The position numbers were made by a program, and so were the translations under genes. The notes beneath the pieces are model-generated. The model saw only the letters and a list, made by a program, of their open reading frames with translations. It made no database searches and was not told where the DNA came from. From assembly GCA_041615815.1 (NCBI GenBank), contig JBFJCP010000010.1:32001-96000 (forward strand): 64,000 nt of DNA. Direction: 5' to 3'. Numbering within the stretch: position 1 is the first letter of the stretch; every line of letters begins with the position of its first letter. Of the stretch, positions 1-9,326 are shown in pieces. The DNA is from Gemmatimonadales bacterium (lineage in GTDB: Bacteria; Gemmatimonadota; Gemmatimonadetes; Gemmatimonadales; GWC2-71-9).

Positions 1-10
1 CCGAGTATTT

Positions 11-886
11 GTGGTAGCGATCGCGCTCTCGCGTTCGCGGGCAGGTGACTTTCTCGAGTTGACCAAGCCCCGCATCGTTGCCCTCGTCATGGGCACCGTT
101 GCCGCAGGGTTCTATTTGGCGAGTCCCACCGGCCTGGCGGGGCTCGCCTTGTTCCATACCCTGCTTGGCACGGCGCTGGTCTCTGGCGGCACGAACGCGC
201 TGAATCAGATCGCTGAACGGGACGTCGATGCTCTGATGCGGCGTACTCGAGACCGCCCACTCCCGGCGGGCCGGCTCCGACTCCCCGAGGCGTCATTGTT
301 CGCATGGACCACGGGCCTCGGCGGGATCGGCTATCTCGCCGCGTTCGTGAATGGCCTGGTCGCGATGCTCGCTGCCGCGACACTCGTCAGTTACGTTTTC
401 GTGTATACACCGCTCAAGCGGCACACGTCTTTGGCAACGTTGGTCGGTGCCGTGCCCGGTGCGCTCCCGATCGCGGGGGGATGGGCCGCGGCCACGGGCG
501 GGCTTCCGCTCGGTGCCTGGGTGCTGTTTGCCATCGTATTCATGTGGCAGCTCCCACATTTTCTGGCGTTAGCGTGGCTGTTTCGTGAAGATTACGCGCG
601 GGCAGGGCTCAAGATGTTGAGCGTCGTTCAAGGAGCGGATTCGACCTTTCGTCAGTCCGTTCTCTACTCGGTTGCGATGGTACCAACGAGCCTGACGCCT
701 ACCGTGATCGGCCTGGCGGGACCGTTCTATTTCTTCAGTGCGATGGGATTGTCCCTGTGGCTGATCTGGGTGGCCTGGATGGCAGCCCGCCACCAGACGG
801 CCGCTGCGGCCAGACGCCTCTTCATGACGACGATCGTTTATCTTCCCGCGATCCTCCTCGTTCTGACGCTGGACAAGATCGGATGA
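11..886 (+). CDS. cyoE: Protoheme IX farnesyltransferase (heme o synthase)
   Basis: ELTKPRI, N..ERDVDALMRRTRDRPLP, YTPLKR, GAVPGALP, WQLPHF and REDYARAG motifs; multi-TM. The start lies at the window edge. Confidence 0.93.
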   Translation: MVAIALSRSRAGDFLELTKPRIVALVMGTVAAGFYLASPTGLAGLALFHTLLGTALVSGGTNALNQIAERDVDALMRRTRDRPLPAGRLRLPEASLFAWTTGLGGIGYLAAFVNGLVAMLAAATLVSYVFVYTPLKRHTSLATLVGAVPGALPIAGGWAAATGGLPLGAWVLFAIVFMWQLPHFLALAWLFREDYARAGLKMLSVVQGADSTFRQSVLYSVAMVPTSLTPTVIGLAGPFYFFSAMGLSLWLIWVAWMAARHQTAAAARRLFMTTIVYLPAILLVLTLDKIG

Positions 887-1071
887 TCCTCTTTCATCGT
901 TTTCTCATTGGAACGGCCATTCTCTTTTCCGCGGGGTTCGCGGCCTGGTCCTTCGTTGGGTTTCGCCAACAGGGAAGTGCGCTGTTGCTCGGGCTCGGTG
1001 TGTTCTTCGCGGTCGCCACGTTGGCGCTGGCCTACTATCTCAAGAACCTGAAACGCTTCCTGGGCCGGTGA
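883..1071 (+). CDS. Small two-TM membrane protein (62 aa)
   Basis: ATG overlaps the cyoE stop (ATGA). MILFHRFLIGTAILF...YYLKNLKRFLGR has two hydrophobic helices and a basic tail. Confidence 0.7.
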   Translation: MILFHRFLIGTAILFSAGFAAWSFVGFRQQGSALLLGLGVFFAVATLALAYYLKNLKRFLGR

Positions 1072-1205
1072 ACGGCGACGCAGTTTCCGGTGCCATGATG
1101 TGGGTGGGGGCCATGATGGTGTTTACGCCGTTGGTGGCCGTGATGTCCGTGATTGGTGTCTTGTGGTGGCAGAGGAAGAAAGGGCAGCGGGAGCAGGGGA
1201 ACTAG
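1068..1205 (+). CDS. Single-TM microprotein (45 aa), absent from the ORF track
   Basis: GTG overlaps the previous stop (GTGA). Hand translation MNGDAVSGAMMWVGAMMVFTPLVAVMSVIGVLWWQRKKGQREQGN*: a hydrophobic span followed by WWQRKK. Confidence 0.6.
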   Translation: MNGDAVSGAMMWVGAMMVFTPLVAVMSVIGVLWWQRKKGQREQGN

Positions 1206-1234
1206 CGGAGTGAAGTAGCTGCAAGGACGGACGA

Positions 1235-1278
1235 GAAAAAGCGGAACGGGCGCGCCCACTCAGCAGGCACGCCCGTTC
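1235..1278 (-). terminator. Intrinsic terminator downstream of degP
   Basis: Minus strand: GAACGGGCGTGCC, 9-nt loop, GGCGCGCCCGTTC, then CGCTTTTTC. Confidence 0.7.
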
Positions 1279-1327
1279 ATCTATGTATACGCCGGGCCCC
1301 GCAGGGGCGCCGACGGCTAACAAATCT

Positions 1328-2974
1328 TCAGCTCGCGTCTCCCGCTCGGAGTCGCACGACACCCTCGTTCACTCGCGATTGGCCCGTTCCGTCCCACAGC
1401 ACGAGGATGTACCGCACCGACACGATGGCATTGGCGCGGACGTCCTTCATGACCGCTTCAAACTCGGCCGGTGACCGCACCCGTTCGCCGTTTACGTGGG
1501 TGATGACCGTGAGCCGTCCTGCCCGTGGGTTCGAAGCCGCCAGCGGCTTGTCGCGAGCCGGGCCGTCCGGATCCACTGCGGTAACGACGACACCCGAGAG
1601 ATCTGACGGGACGCCGGGGTAGCGTACCAACTGCTCCCGGTCGAGACGCTCGACTTCGAGTCCGAGCTTGGCTTCGTACGAGGTCGTGTTTGAATCGTCC
1701 CTGGTGTCGCTGGCCGCAACCACAGTGCGTTCATCCATAGCCGCCTCACCGAGCCGCACCGTGAGATTGTGCCGCTGCCCGCCTTCGCGCAGCACGGTCA
1801 CCTGGACCCGTTCACCGGGCCGCTTGAAGCCAACCAGCTGCTGGAGCTGCGCCACATATTGGACTGCTTGGCCGTCCAGCTCGACGATGACGTCTCCCGG
1901 GCGGATCCCCGCCTGCCGCGCTGGGCTCTCGTTGCTCGAGTAATCCTGGACGACGACGCCTCTAATCTGCTTGAGACCCACATACTCGGCATCTTCCGGA
2001 TCGACATTGCGAATCGAAACACCCAAAACCGCGCGGGTGACTCGTCCATTGTCGATTAGTTGCTCCGCAACGCTGCGGGCGAGGTTGATGGGAATAGCGA
2101 AGCTGTAGCCCGAATAGTAGCCGGTGCGGCTCGCGATGGCCGAGTTCACACCGATGACCTGGCCGCGGATATTGACTAGCGGACCGCCGGAGTTCCCGGG
2201 GTTGATGGCGGCATCCGTCTGAATGAAGTCCTGAATGCTGTACTCGGAGTTGATGAGGCCTGCGAGGGCCCTGCCCCGACCGCTCACGATACCGGCCGTA
2301 ACCGTGAACGAGAATTCTTCTCCCAAGGGATTCCCGATGGCCAGCACCCACTCGCCGATCCGAAGAGAATCCGAGTTACCGAAGGAGACCGTGGGCAAAT
2401 CGCGCGCATCGATCTTGATGACTGCGAGATCCGTGTTCGGGTCACGACCAACCACTCGCGCCGTGAATCGCCGTCGATCGATCAGCGTCACCTCGAGCCG
2501 ATCGAAATCTTCCACCACATGATTGTTGGTGAGGATATACCCGTCCGGGGATACGATGAAGCCGCTCCCCTGGCCTCGACGGGGTCGTTGATCCGAATCC
2601 TCAGGCAGTCGGAAGAAGCGGTCAAACGGTTCGGGAAGCGCCCGCTCCCGTTGCCGATCCCCGCTCCCAGCTTGTCGGCGGGTCTCGGCGTTGATGAAGA
2701 CGACGGTGGGGCGGACAGCCAGGGCCACGGAGCTGAACGCTTCACCGAGAGCATCGACCGTCGCATTGGCGGCGACAGGGGCCGGCTGCTGCTCGGCCGC
2801 GAGCCCCGGCGACGAGACGTTGCTCGTCTGACCAGCCACCTCACTCAACGGCGTGGGCTGTTGTGCCTCAGAGCTCTGAGGGAAATCGATCACGGAGACG
2901 AAGGCACCCATCAGCACCACACCCAGGGTCACCAATGCTCCGAATTTGAGCCAATCCCGCCTACGTCGTTCCAT
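1328..2974 (-). CDS. degP: DegP/HtrA (Do-family) periplasmic serine protease with two PDZ domains
   Basis: GSGFIVS, TNNHVV, DLAVIK, IQTDAAINPGNSGGPL; N-terminal hydrophobic segment; two C-terminal PDZ-like regions. Confidence 0.92.
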   Translation of the reverse strand: MERRRRDWLKFGALVTLGVVLMGAFVSVIDFPQSSEAQQPTPLSEVAGQTSNVSSPGLAAEQQPAPVAANATVDALGEAFSSVALAVRPTVVFINAETRRQAGSGDRQRERALPEPFDRFFRLPEDSDQRPRRGQGSGFIVSPDGYILTNNHVVEDFDRLEVTLIDRRRFTARVVGRDPNTDLAVIKIDARDLPTVSFGNSDSLRIGEWVLAIGNPLGEEFSFTVTAGIVSGRGRALAGLINSEYSIQDFIQTDAAINPGNSGGPLVNIRGQVIGVNSAIASRTGYYSGYSFAIPINLARSVAEQLIDNGRVTRAVLGVSIRNVDPEDAEYVGLKQIRGVVVQDYSSNESPARQAGIRPGDVIVELDGQAVQYVAQLQQLVGFKRPGERVQVTVLREGGQRHNLTVRLGEAAMDERTVVAASDTRDDSNTTSYEAKLGLEVERLDREQLVRYPGVPSDLSGVVVTAVDPDGPARDKPLAASNPRAGRLTVITHVNGERVRSPAEFEAVMKDVRANAIVSVRYILVLWDGTGQSRVNEGVVRLRAGDAS

Positions 2975-3031
2975 AAACTCCGTCCAGTGAAAAAGCGATC
3001 TATGTATACCGGTATGTGATACCGTTAAAGT

Positions 3032-3057
3032 AACCCGAAACCGGGGTCGGGGTTTCC
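3032..3057 (-). promoter_or_regulatory. ECF-sigma-type promoter upstream of degP (GGAAACC-N16-GTT)
   Basis: Minus strand GGAAACC ccgaccccggtttcgg GTT. The same geometry occurs at 50304-50329, and degP genes are classic ECF targets. Confidence 0.55.
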
Positions 3058-3076
3058 CCCGCCCCGGTCCGCGAGC

Positions 3077-4993
3077 CTACTTCGAGTCGTCCACGATCTC
3101 GTAATCAGCCTCGACCACGTCTTCCTTTTGCTCGCCGGCGGTGGCGCCAGCCTCCGCTCCGGCGGGCTCTTCGGCCGGGCCGGGCTCGGCCTGGGTCGCC
3201 TGATACAGCGAGGCACCCGCGGCCGAAAAGGCCTGGGAGAGCTCCTCGAGCGCGGCCTTGATCTCGCCGGAGTCGCCCGAACGGAGAGCCTTCTTGCTCC
3301 CCTCCAGGGCGGCGTCCAAGCGATCCCGGTGCGCGGACTCGAGCCGATCTGCCCAGTCCTTCATGTCCTTCTCGACCTGGTACACGAGCGAGTCGAGCCG
3401 ATTCCGAGCCTCGATCTCCTCCCGACGAGCCTTGTCTTCCGACGAGTGTTGTTCCGCCTCCGTGACCATTCGCTCGATCTCTCCCTCGGACAGTCCGCTG
3501 GAGGCCTCGATCCGGATCTTCTGCTCCTTACCCGTCGCCTTGTCTTTGGCGGACACGTGCAGAATGCCGTTGGCGTCAATATCGAACGTGACCTCAACTT
3601 GCGGCATGCCCCGCGGCGCCGGCGGAATTCCGGTCAACTGAAATCGGCCGATCGTCCGATTGTCCACGGCCATCTGCCGCTCGCCCTGGAGCACGTGGAT
3701 CTCCACGGTGGTCTGGTTGTCCTCGGCCGTGGAAAAGACCTCCGACTTTTTGGTCGGAATTGTCGTATTCCGGGAAATGAGCACGGTAGTGACGCCGCCC
3801 AGGGTTTCGATACCCAGGGACAGGGGCGTCACGTCGAGGAGCAACACATCCTTCACCTCGCCGGCGAGGACGCCACCCTGGATGGCCGCGCCGATGCCAA
3901 CGACCTCGTCCGGGTTGACACCCTTGTGCGGTTCCTTCCCAAAGAAACTCTTCACGATCTCTTGGACCTTCGGGATTCTAGTGGATCCACCAACCAGAAT
4001 GACTTCGTCGATTTCCGACGGCGCAAGCCCGGCGTCCTTGAGCGCCTGCTCCATGGGAGCCTTCGTACGCTCGATCAGGTCGTCCACCAGCTGCTCGAAC
4101 TTGGCCCGCGTCAGGGTCACGTTGAGATGCTTGGGACCCGATTGATCCGCCGTGATGAACGGCAGATTGATCTCCGTCTGCGTCGTAGACGAAAGTTCCA
4201 TCTTGGCCTTTTCCGCCGCCTCTTTGAGGCGCTGGAGGGCCATCGCGTCCTTGGAAAGGTCGATCCCCTGGTCCTTCTTGAACTCGGCTACGAGCCACTG
4301 AATGACCCGCTCGTCGAAATCGTCCCCGCCGAGGTGCGTGTCGCCGTTCGTGGCCTTGACCTCGAAAACGCCCTCGGCCAACTCCAAGACCGAAATGTCG
4401 TACGTCCCACCGCCGAGGTCGAAGACTGCGATCTTTTCCTCTTTCTTTTTGTCGAGCCCGTAGGCGAGCGCGGCAGCCGTGGGCTCATTGATGATGCGCA
4501 GGACTTCGAGCCCAGCGATGCGGCCGGCGTCTTTTGTCGCCTGGCGCTGGGAGTCGTTGAAGTACGCAGGCACGGTCACGACGGCCTTCTCGACCTTGTG
4601 ACCCAGATAGTCCTCAGCGGTCTGTCGCATCTTCTGGAGAATCATTGCCGAGATCTCCGGCGGCGTGTACTGCTTGCCCTGGACCTCGACGGAGGCAAGA
4701 CTGTTTTGGCCGGGCGCAACTTTGTACGGGACACGGGCGGTCTCCTGCGGGACCTCGTCCATCCGACGTCCCATGAACCGCTTGATGGAAAACACCGTAT
4801 TCTTGGGATTCGTCACAGCCTGACGCTTGGCGACCTGTCCCACCAGCCGCTCCCCGTCCTTGGTAAACCCCACGACCGACGGGGTCGTCCGACCGCCCTC
4901 GGAATTGGGAATCACAACCGGGTCGCCGCCTTCCATGACGGCCACCACAGAGTTGGTGGTTCCGAGGTCGATGCCTATGACCTTCTCAGCCAT
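3077..4993 (-). CDS. dnaK: Chaperone DnaK (Hsp70)
   Basis: [49 protein letters not shown]-terminus [15 protein letters not shown] at 4993 has a GGGAG RBS. Confidence 0.98.
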   Translation of the reverse strand: MAEKVIGIDLGTTNSVVAVMEGGDPVVIPNSEGGRTTPSVVGFTKDGERLVGQVAKRQAVTNPKNTVFSIKRFMGRRMDEVPQETARVPYKVAPGQNSLASVEVQGKQYTPPEISAMILQKMRQTAEDYLGHKVEKAVVTVPAYFNDSQRQATKDAGRIAGLEVLRIINEPTAAALAYGLDKKKEEKIAVFDLGGGTYDISVLELAEGVFEVKATNGDTHLGGDDFDERVIQWLVAEFKKDQGIDLSKDAMALQRLKEAAEKAKMELSSTTQTEINLPFITADQSGPKHLNVTLTRAKFEQLVDDLIERTKAPMEQALKDAGLAPSEIDEVILVGGSTRIPKVQEIVKSFFGKEPHKGVNPDEVVGIGAAIQGGVLAGEVKDVLLLDVTPLSLGIETLGGVTTVLISRNTTIPTKKSEVFSTAEDNQTTVEIHVLQGERQMAVDNRTIGRFQLTGIPPAPRGMPQVEVTFDIDANGILHVSAKDKATGKEQKIRIEASSGLSEGEIERMVTEAEQHSSEDKARREEIEARNRLDSLVYQVEKDMKDWADRLESAHRDRLDAALEGSKKALRSGDSGEIKAALEELSQAFSAAGASLYQATQAEPGPAEEPAGAEAGATAGEQKEDVVEADYEIVDDSK

Positions 4994-5131
4994 CCCAGTC
5001 TCCCTTCGATGAGAATCGATGCGCAATGCTCCGCAGAAGTCGCAGACGCAAGCCACATACCCGAAAATCGCGCCAAATTGGCATATAGCGCAGGATGTGG
5101 CAGCGCCACGGCAGGGAAGGTATTTGCCTCT

Positions 5132-5160
5132 TTGACTTGAACTTACGCCAGTCGTAGCTT
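5132..5160 (+). promoter_or_regulatory. Sigma70-type promoter predicting a leaderless transcript
   Basis: TTGACT-N17-TAGCTT. The ATG at 5167 lies 6 nt after the -10 hexamer and has no SD. Confidence 0.6.
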
Positions 5161-5166
5161 TTTGGG

Positions 5167-5946
5167 ATGTTCCCGTACCGGGACGATAACCCCAGCCTGC
5201 ATAAACCCATCGTCACCTATGTCATCATTGGCGTGACGGCGGCGGTCTGGTTCCTGGTACAGGGGGCCGGGAGCCAGCCAGCGCTCGCGGAGTCCGTATG
5301 TCAACTGGGCGCCATTCCCGGGGAAATCCTCGGCCGGCTCGAGGGCGAGCGCGTAATCCCGCTGGGGCGGGGGCTGGGATGCCGTGTGGGGTTGCAGTCC
5401 GGCACCTGGCACACCGTGGTGACCTCCATGTTCCTGCACGGGAGCTGGTTCCACATCATTGGGAATCTGTGGTTCTTGTGGGTGTTCGGGGACAACGTCG
5501 AGGATTCCATGGGTCACGCGCGGTTCGGCGTGTTCTACGTGGTGTGCGGCGTCATCGCTGCGATGGCCCAGATCCTCGTGCAACCGAGTTCGCCGATCCC
5601 GATGGTCGGCGCCTCAGGGGCGATCAGTGGAGTGATGGGAGCCTACCTGGTGCTGTATCCGAAAGTGCGCGTCCACATGATCGTGTTCCTCGGCTTTTTC
5701 ATTACGACGGTGGCGGTGCCGGCGTATTTGATGCTTCTCTATTGGGCATTCCTGCAGGTGTTGGGCGGTCTGCCCACGGTCGCCGGTGCTGGTGAGCGCG
5801 GCGGCGTGGCCTTCATGGCCCATTTAGGCGGGTTCGTGGCAGGCGTGGCGCTCATCAAGCTCTTTGCCAAGCGCGCATTGGTGGAAGCGCACCGACGCCA
5901 CGTGGCGGTCGAGACGCACCGACGGCGTCGCCTCCCCTGGGAGTAA
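5167..5946 (+). CDS. Rhomboid family intramembrane serine protease
   Basis: [26 protein letters not shown] (catalytic Ser), AHLGG (catalytic His). Confidence 0.92.
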   Translation: MFPYRDDNPSLHKPIVTYVIIGVTAAVWFLVQGAGSQPALAESVCQLGAIPGEILGRLEGERVIPLGRGLGCRVGLQSGTWHTVVTSMFLHGSWFHIIGNLWFLWVFGDNVEDSMGHARFGVFYVVCGVIAAMAQILVQPSSPIPMVGASGAISGVMGAYLVLYPKVRVHMIVFLGFFITTVAVPAYLMLLYWAFLQVLGGLPTVAGAGERGGVAFMAHLGGFVAGVALIKLFAKRALVEAHRRHVAVETHRRRRLPWE

Positions 5947-5947
5947 C

Positions 5948-6217
5948 ATGTTTCTGGCACGAGTAGTGGGCAGAGTGGTAGCCACGGTGAAGCAGGACAC
6001 GCTCAAGGGTCAGACGCTCCAGTGGATTCAGCCAGTCGACGCCAAAGGACACGACCGAGGGAGTCCCATCGTGGCGGTCGATCCGATCGGGCTCGGGTCC
6101 GGCGAGCTCTGCTACTACATCACGGCGCGCGAGGCCTCGCTGACCCTGTGGGAAACCTTTGCCGCCGTGGACGCCGGGATCGTCGGAAAGGTCGACAAGA
6201 TCAATCTGGCGGACTAG
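5948..6217 (+). CDS. EutN/CcmL-family microcompartment vertex (BMC-P) protein
   Basis: MFLARVVGRVVATVK...L.G...VAVDPIGLGSGE...VDAGIVGKVD, 89 aa; ATG 1 nt after the rhomboid stop. Confidence 0.88.
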   Translation: MFLARVVGRVVATVKQDTLKGQTLQWIQPVDAKGHDRGSPIVAVDPIGLGSGELCYYITAREASLTLWETFAAVDAGIVGKVDKINLAD

Positions 6218-6380
6218 AAGCAGAGGGCGGATGGCGCATGGGATTGAGAGAAGAGTTACGGGCGCGAAGGGGAGAGTGGAGCGTATGCTCACCGGGAGGG
6301 GCGGCTGGAGGGCGGTAACCAGCTCCGGACCGCCCGCCGATCCGCCCATCGATGAACAGCATCGGGGAGAAGCCAGGCCT

Positions 6381-6656
6381 ATGTATCTAGCGCGCGTCGT
6401 GGGCAATGTCGTGTCCACCCACAAGAACGACCGGCTGGACGGCAAGAAGCTTTTGCTGGTGCGACGGCTGGATCTGGGTGACCGATACGATGGATCGGTG
6501 GAGGTCATCGCGCTCGACGTGGTGGACGCTGGGGTAGGCGATAAGGTGTTGGTAGTCCAAGAGGGCAGTTCGGCTCGCAAGATCTTCAACGATGCCAAGA
6601 TCCCCGTGCAGGCCGTGGTGGTGGGAATCGTGGAGAGTGTTACGGTGGACAAGTGA
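6381..6656 (+). CDS. EutN/CcmL-family microcompartment vertex (BMC-P) protein
   Basis: MYLARVVGNVVSTHK..LDGKKLLLV...IALDVVDAGVGDKVLVVQEGSSAR...PVQAVVVGIVE, 91 aa; GGAG RBS. Confidence 0.93.
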   Translation: MYLARVVGNVVSTHKNDRLDGKKLLLVRRLDLGDRYDGSVEVIALDVVDAGVGDKVLVVQEGSSARKIFNDAKIPVQAVVVGIVESVTVDK

Positions 6657-6700
6657 GAGAGAGCAGCGGGCAGATCGCCGCGCGGTGAAAGGACGAGGCA

Positions 6701-7690
6701 ATGCAACGTCATGAGCTCGAGGAGCTGGCGGACCTGGTAGTGCAGCAGCTGAGCGGAGGCCGGGTGTCATCCACACCTTCGTCCGTTCCCCCGTCCCACA
6801 CGGCGGGTTCTTCAGTCGGGCGGTGGGAAGTGCCGGACGTGGGATGGAGGATGCCGATGGTTGGGAAGCCGGGGGCGCGGGGAACGTTGCCCGAGGTGAA
6901 AGCAACGCCCACGACGGCACCGGCAGCGCGTCAATCCATCGGCCCGTCCGCTCAACTCCAGCGCATGGCCGACTACGTGGACCACACGTTGCTCAAGGCA
7001 GAGGCGAGGCGGGTGGAGATTGAACGGCTGTGTGACGAGGCGGCGGAACATCGGTTTGCGGCCGTGTGCGTCAATGGTGCGTGGGTCTCGTTATGTCGCA
7101 AACGGCTGGCTGGATCGGGTGTGAACGTTGCCACGGTTGTGGGATTTCCGCTCGGGGCCACAACCACGGCTACGAAAGCGGCCGAGGCCCGGGATCTCGT
7201 CGATGCGGGTGCCGACGAGCTGGATATGGTAGCTGCGGTGGGACAGATCCTCGACGAGGAGTGGGACTATGTGGATGATGATATTCGGGCGGTAGTGGAT
7301 GCGGCAAAAGCTCGAACCGTCAAGGTGATTCTGGAAACCGCGACCCTGGAGCCGCTACAAATCGTCAAAGCGTCGGCCATCGCCATGGAGGCCGGTGCCC
7401 ATTTCGTCAAGACTTCCACGGGGTTCCATCCCGCGGGCGGTGCCACGGTGGATGCCGTGGCGCTGATGCGACTCACCGTTGGCGACGCGCTTGGGGTCAA
7501 GGCCGCAGGTGGGGTGCGTGACTGTGCCACGGCGGTTCGTATGATCGCGGCGGGGGCGAACCGGATCGGTACGTCGAGCGGCGTCAAGTTCGTCGACTGC
7601 ATGGGGGCAGGCCCCCAAGCGCTTCACGATCTGTTGGCCGCGCCGGAGAGGCACGAGAGCGTGTGTAAGACGGGGGGATGCGGGTACTAG
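6701..7690 (+). CDS. deoC: Deoxyribose-phosphate aldolase with an ~85-aa N-terminal extension (encapsulation-peptide-like helix plus linker)
   Basis: Core motifs VDHTLLK, TVVGFPLG, ELDMV, KVILET, FVKTSTGF, GVKAAGGVR, RIGTSSG and a terminal Tyr. N-terminus MQRHELEELADLVVQQL. Confidence 0.93.
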   Translation: MQRHELEELADLVVQQLSGGRVSSTPSSVPPSHTAGSSVGRWEVPDVGWRMPMVGKPGARGTLPEVKATPTTAPAARQSIGPSAQLQRMADYVDHTLLKAEARRVEIERLCDEAAEHRFAAVCVNGAWVSLCRKRLAGSGVNVATVVGFPLGATTTATKAAEARDLVDAGADELDMVAAVGQILDEEWDYVDDDIRAVVDAAKARTVKVILETATLEPLQIVKASAIAMEAGAHFVKTSTGFHPAGGATVDAVALMRLTVGDALGVKAAGGVRDCATAVRMIAAGANRIGTSSGVKFVDCMGAGPQALHDLLAAPERHESVCKTGGCGY

Positions 7691-7821
7691 GGGTGGCAGA
7701 AGGTAGAAAACGAACGTGGAGGGGAAGGGGCAGCGGTGAGCGAATTGGGAGTGTGGGTTTGACGACGATGCGTCCACCGCCACTTACCCCCTCACACCGC
7801 TTCCGGCTCTCTCTCCGGTCG

Positions 7822-8511
7822 CTACACCGGCCTTTCGGCCTTGTCTTCGGCGTGATGTTTGATGGTGGTTCCCTCCACGAGGAACACGACATCCTCAGCG
7901 ATGTTCGTCGCGAGATCCCCAACGCGCTCGAGATTTCGGCTCACCAGCGAGAGCTCCATGGATGGACCGATCATCCGGTGATCTTGCGCCATGTGGGTGA
8001 GCAGGATGCGGAACATCGATTCGTGCAGTCGGTCTACCTGGTCGTCTCGGAGACAGACATCCCGAGCGGCGCGAGTGTCTCCCTTGATGAAGGCGGAAAG
8101 CACATCGGACAGCATGTCACGGGCCAAGCGCGTCATCTGCACCAGCTCGGGTGGCGGGGTGATTGGCATGGCATCGATGAGTCTGACGGCGCATTCGGCG
8201 ATGTTGACTGCATGATCGCCCATCCGCTCGAGGTCGTTGGAGATCTTGAGACACGCCAACAGCAGCCGCAAATCCTTCGCCATGGGTTGCTGGAGTGCGA
8301 GTAATTGGGTAACCCGGTTCTCGATGTCGATCTCGAGATCGTCGATCTCTTGGTCCGCTGCGATCACTCGTGCGGCGAGTTCGGGGTCACGATCCAACAA
8401 CGACGCTACGGCCTGTTCCAAGACTTCGACGACCTGGCTAGACATATGGAGTACGCGGTCTTTCAACAGGGCGAGCTCGTCGTGAAAATGGCGATGCGGC
8501 GGACCGGTCAT
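7822..8511 (-). CDS. phoU: Phosphate signalling protein PhoU
   Basis: [38 protein letters not shown]; ends the pst operon. Confidence 0.95.
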   Translation of the reverse strand: MTGPPHRHFHDELALLKDRVLHMSSQVVEVLEQAVASLLDRDPELAARVIAADQEIDDLEIDIENRVTQLLALQQPMAKDLRLLLACLKISNDLERMGDHAVNIAECAVRLIDAMPITPPPELVQMTRLARDMLSDVLSAFIKGDTRAARDVCLRDDQVDRLHESMFRILLTHMAQDHRMIGPSMELSLVSRNLERVGDLATNIAEDVVFLVEGTTIKHHAEDKAERPV

Positions 8512-9326
8512 CCGAATCTCCCGGTGACATAGGCTTCGGTTCGCTCTTCCCGCGGTCTCGTGAAGAGCTCCTCCGAACGGTTGTACTCCACCAACTCTCC
8601 AAGATAAAAGAAGGCCGTGTAGTCGGCGATGCGCGCAGCTTCCTGAAGGTTGTGGGTGACGATCACGATGGTGTATTCCGATTTGAGCTGAACGAGCAGC
8701 TCCTCGATCCGTTGTGTGGCGATGGGGTCGAGCGCGGACGCCGGCTCGTCCAGCAGTAAGACTTCCGATTCATTTGCGAGTGCGCGAGCAATGCAGAGTC
8801 GCTGTTGCTGGCCGCCCGACAACTCGGTACCCGGGTCATCGAGCCGATCCGCCACCTCGTCCCACAGGGCAGCCCGCTTGAGGGCGGTCTCGACGCGGCC
8901 GGGCAGTTCGACCCTCGTACAGAGGCCATTGCGTATGGGGCCGTAGGCGACGTTATCGAAGATGGATTTCGGGAATGGGTTTGGGTGTTGAAACACCATG
9001 CCGATCCGCCGTCGGAGTTCCACCACGTCTGTGTCGGGAGAGTAGATGGATTGGCCGTCGTACGTGATGTTGCCCTGGTAACGCGTCTTCGGAATCAATT
9101 CGTTCAGGCGATTGATGGACCGAAGCAGGGTGCTTTTTCCACAGCCCGATGGTCCGATGAACGCCGTGATCTTTCTGGGCGGGATCTTGAGTTGGATGTT
9201 GCTGAGCGCCTGGGTTCTACCGTACCAGAAACTGAAATCCCCGATGTCGAGAAGCGGCTCGATGACCTCGACGGGCGGCAAGTGTTCCCCGGGATCGCCG
9301 AGCTCGGGACGCGGAGCCGCGCTCAT
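8508..9326 (-). CDS. pstB: Phosphate ABC transporter ATPase (copy 2)
   Basis: [54 protein letters not shown]. Confidence 0.95.
   Translation of the reverse strand: MSAAPRPELGDPGEHLPPVEVIEPLLDIGDFSFWYGRTQALSNIQLKIPPRKITAFIGPSGCGKSTLLRSINRLNELIPKTRYQGNITYDGQSIYSPDTDVVELRRRIGMVFQHPNPFPKSIFDNVAYGPIRNGLCTRVELPGRVETALKRAALWDEVADRLDDPGTELSGGQQQRLCIARALANESEVLLLDEPASALDPIATQRIEELLVQLKSEYTIVIVTHNLQEAARIADYTAFFYLGELVEYNRSEELFTRPREERTEAYVTGRFG

Noticed and set aside
5060..5078. Sigma54 promoter for dnaK (TGGCGC-gattt-TCGG on the minus strand)
   Set aside because: It lacks the invariant GC at -12.
3128..5140. 670-aa ORF antisense to dnaK
   Set aside because: Long antisense frames opposite hsp70/dnaK are a known by-product of codon usage. 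It has no recognisable motif or RBS.
6231..6380. In-frame N-terminal extension of the second EutN/CcmL protein
   Set aside because: The ATG at 6381 matches the family's canonical start and has an RBS. The upstream DNA resembles the degenerate intergenic repeats.
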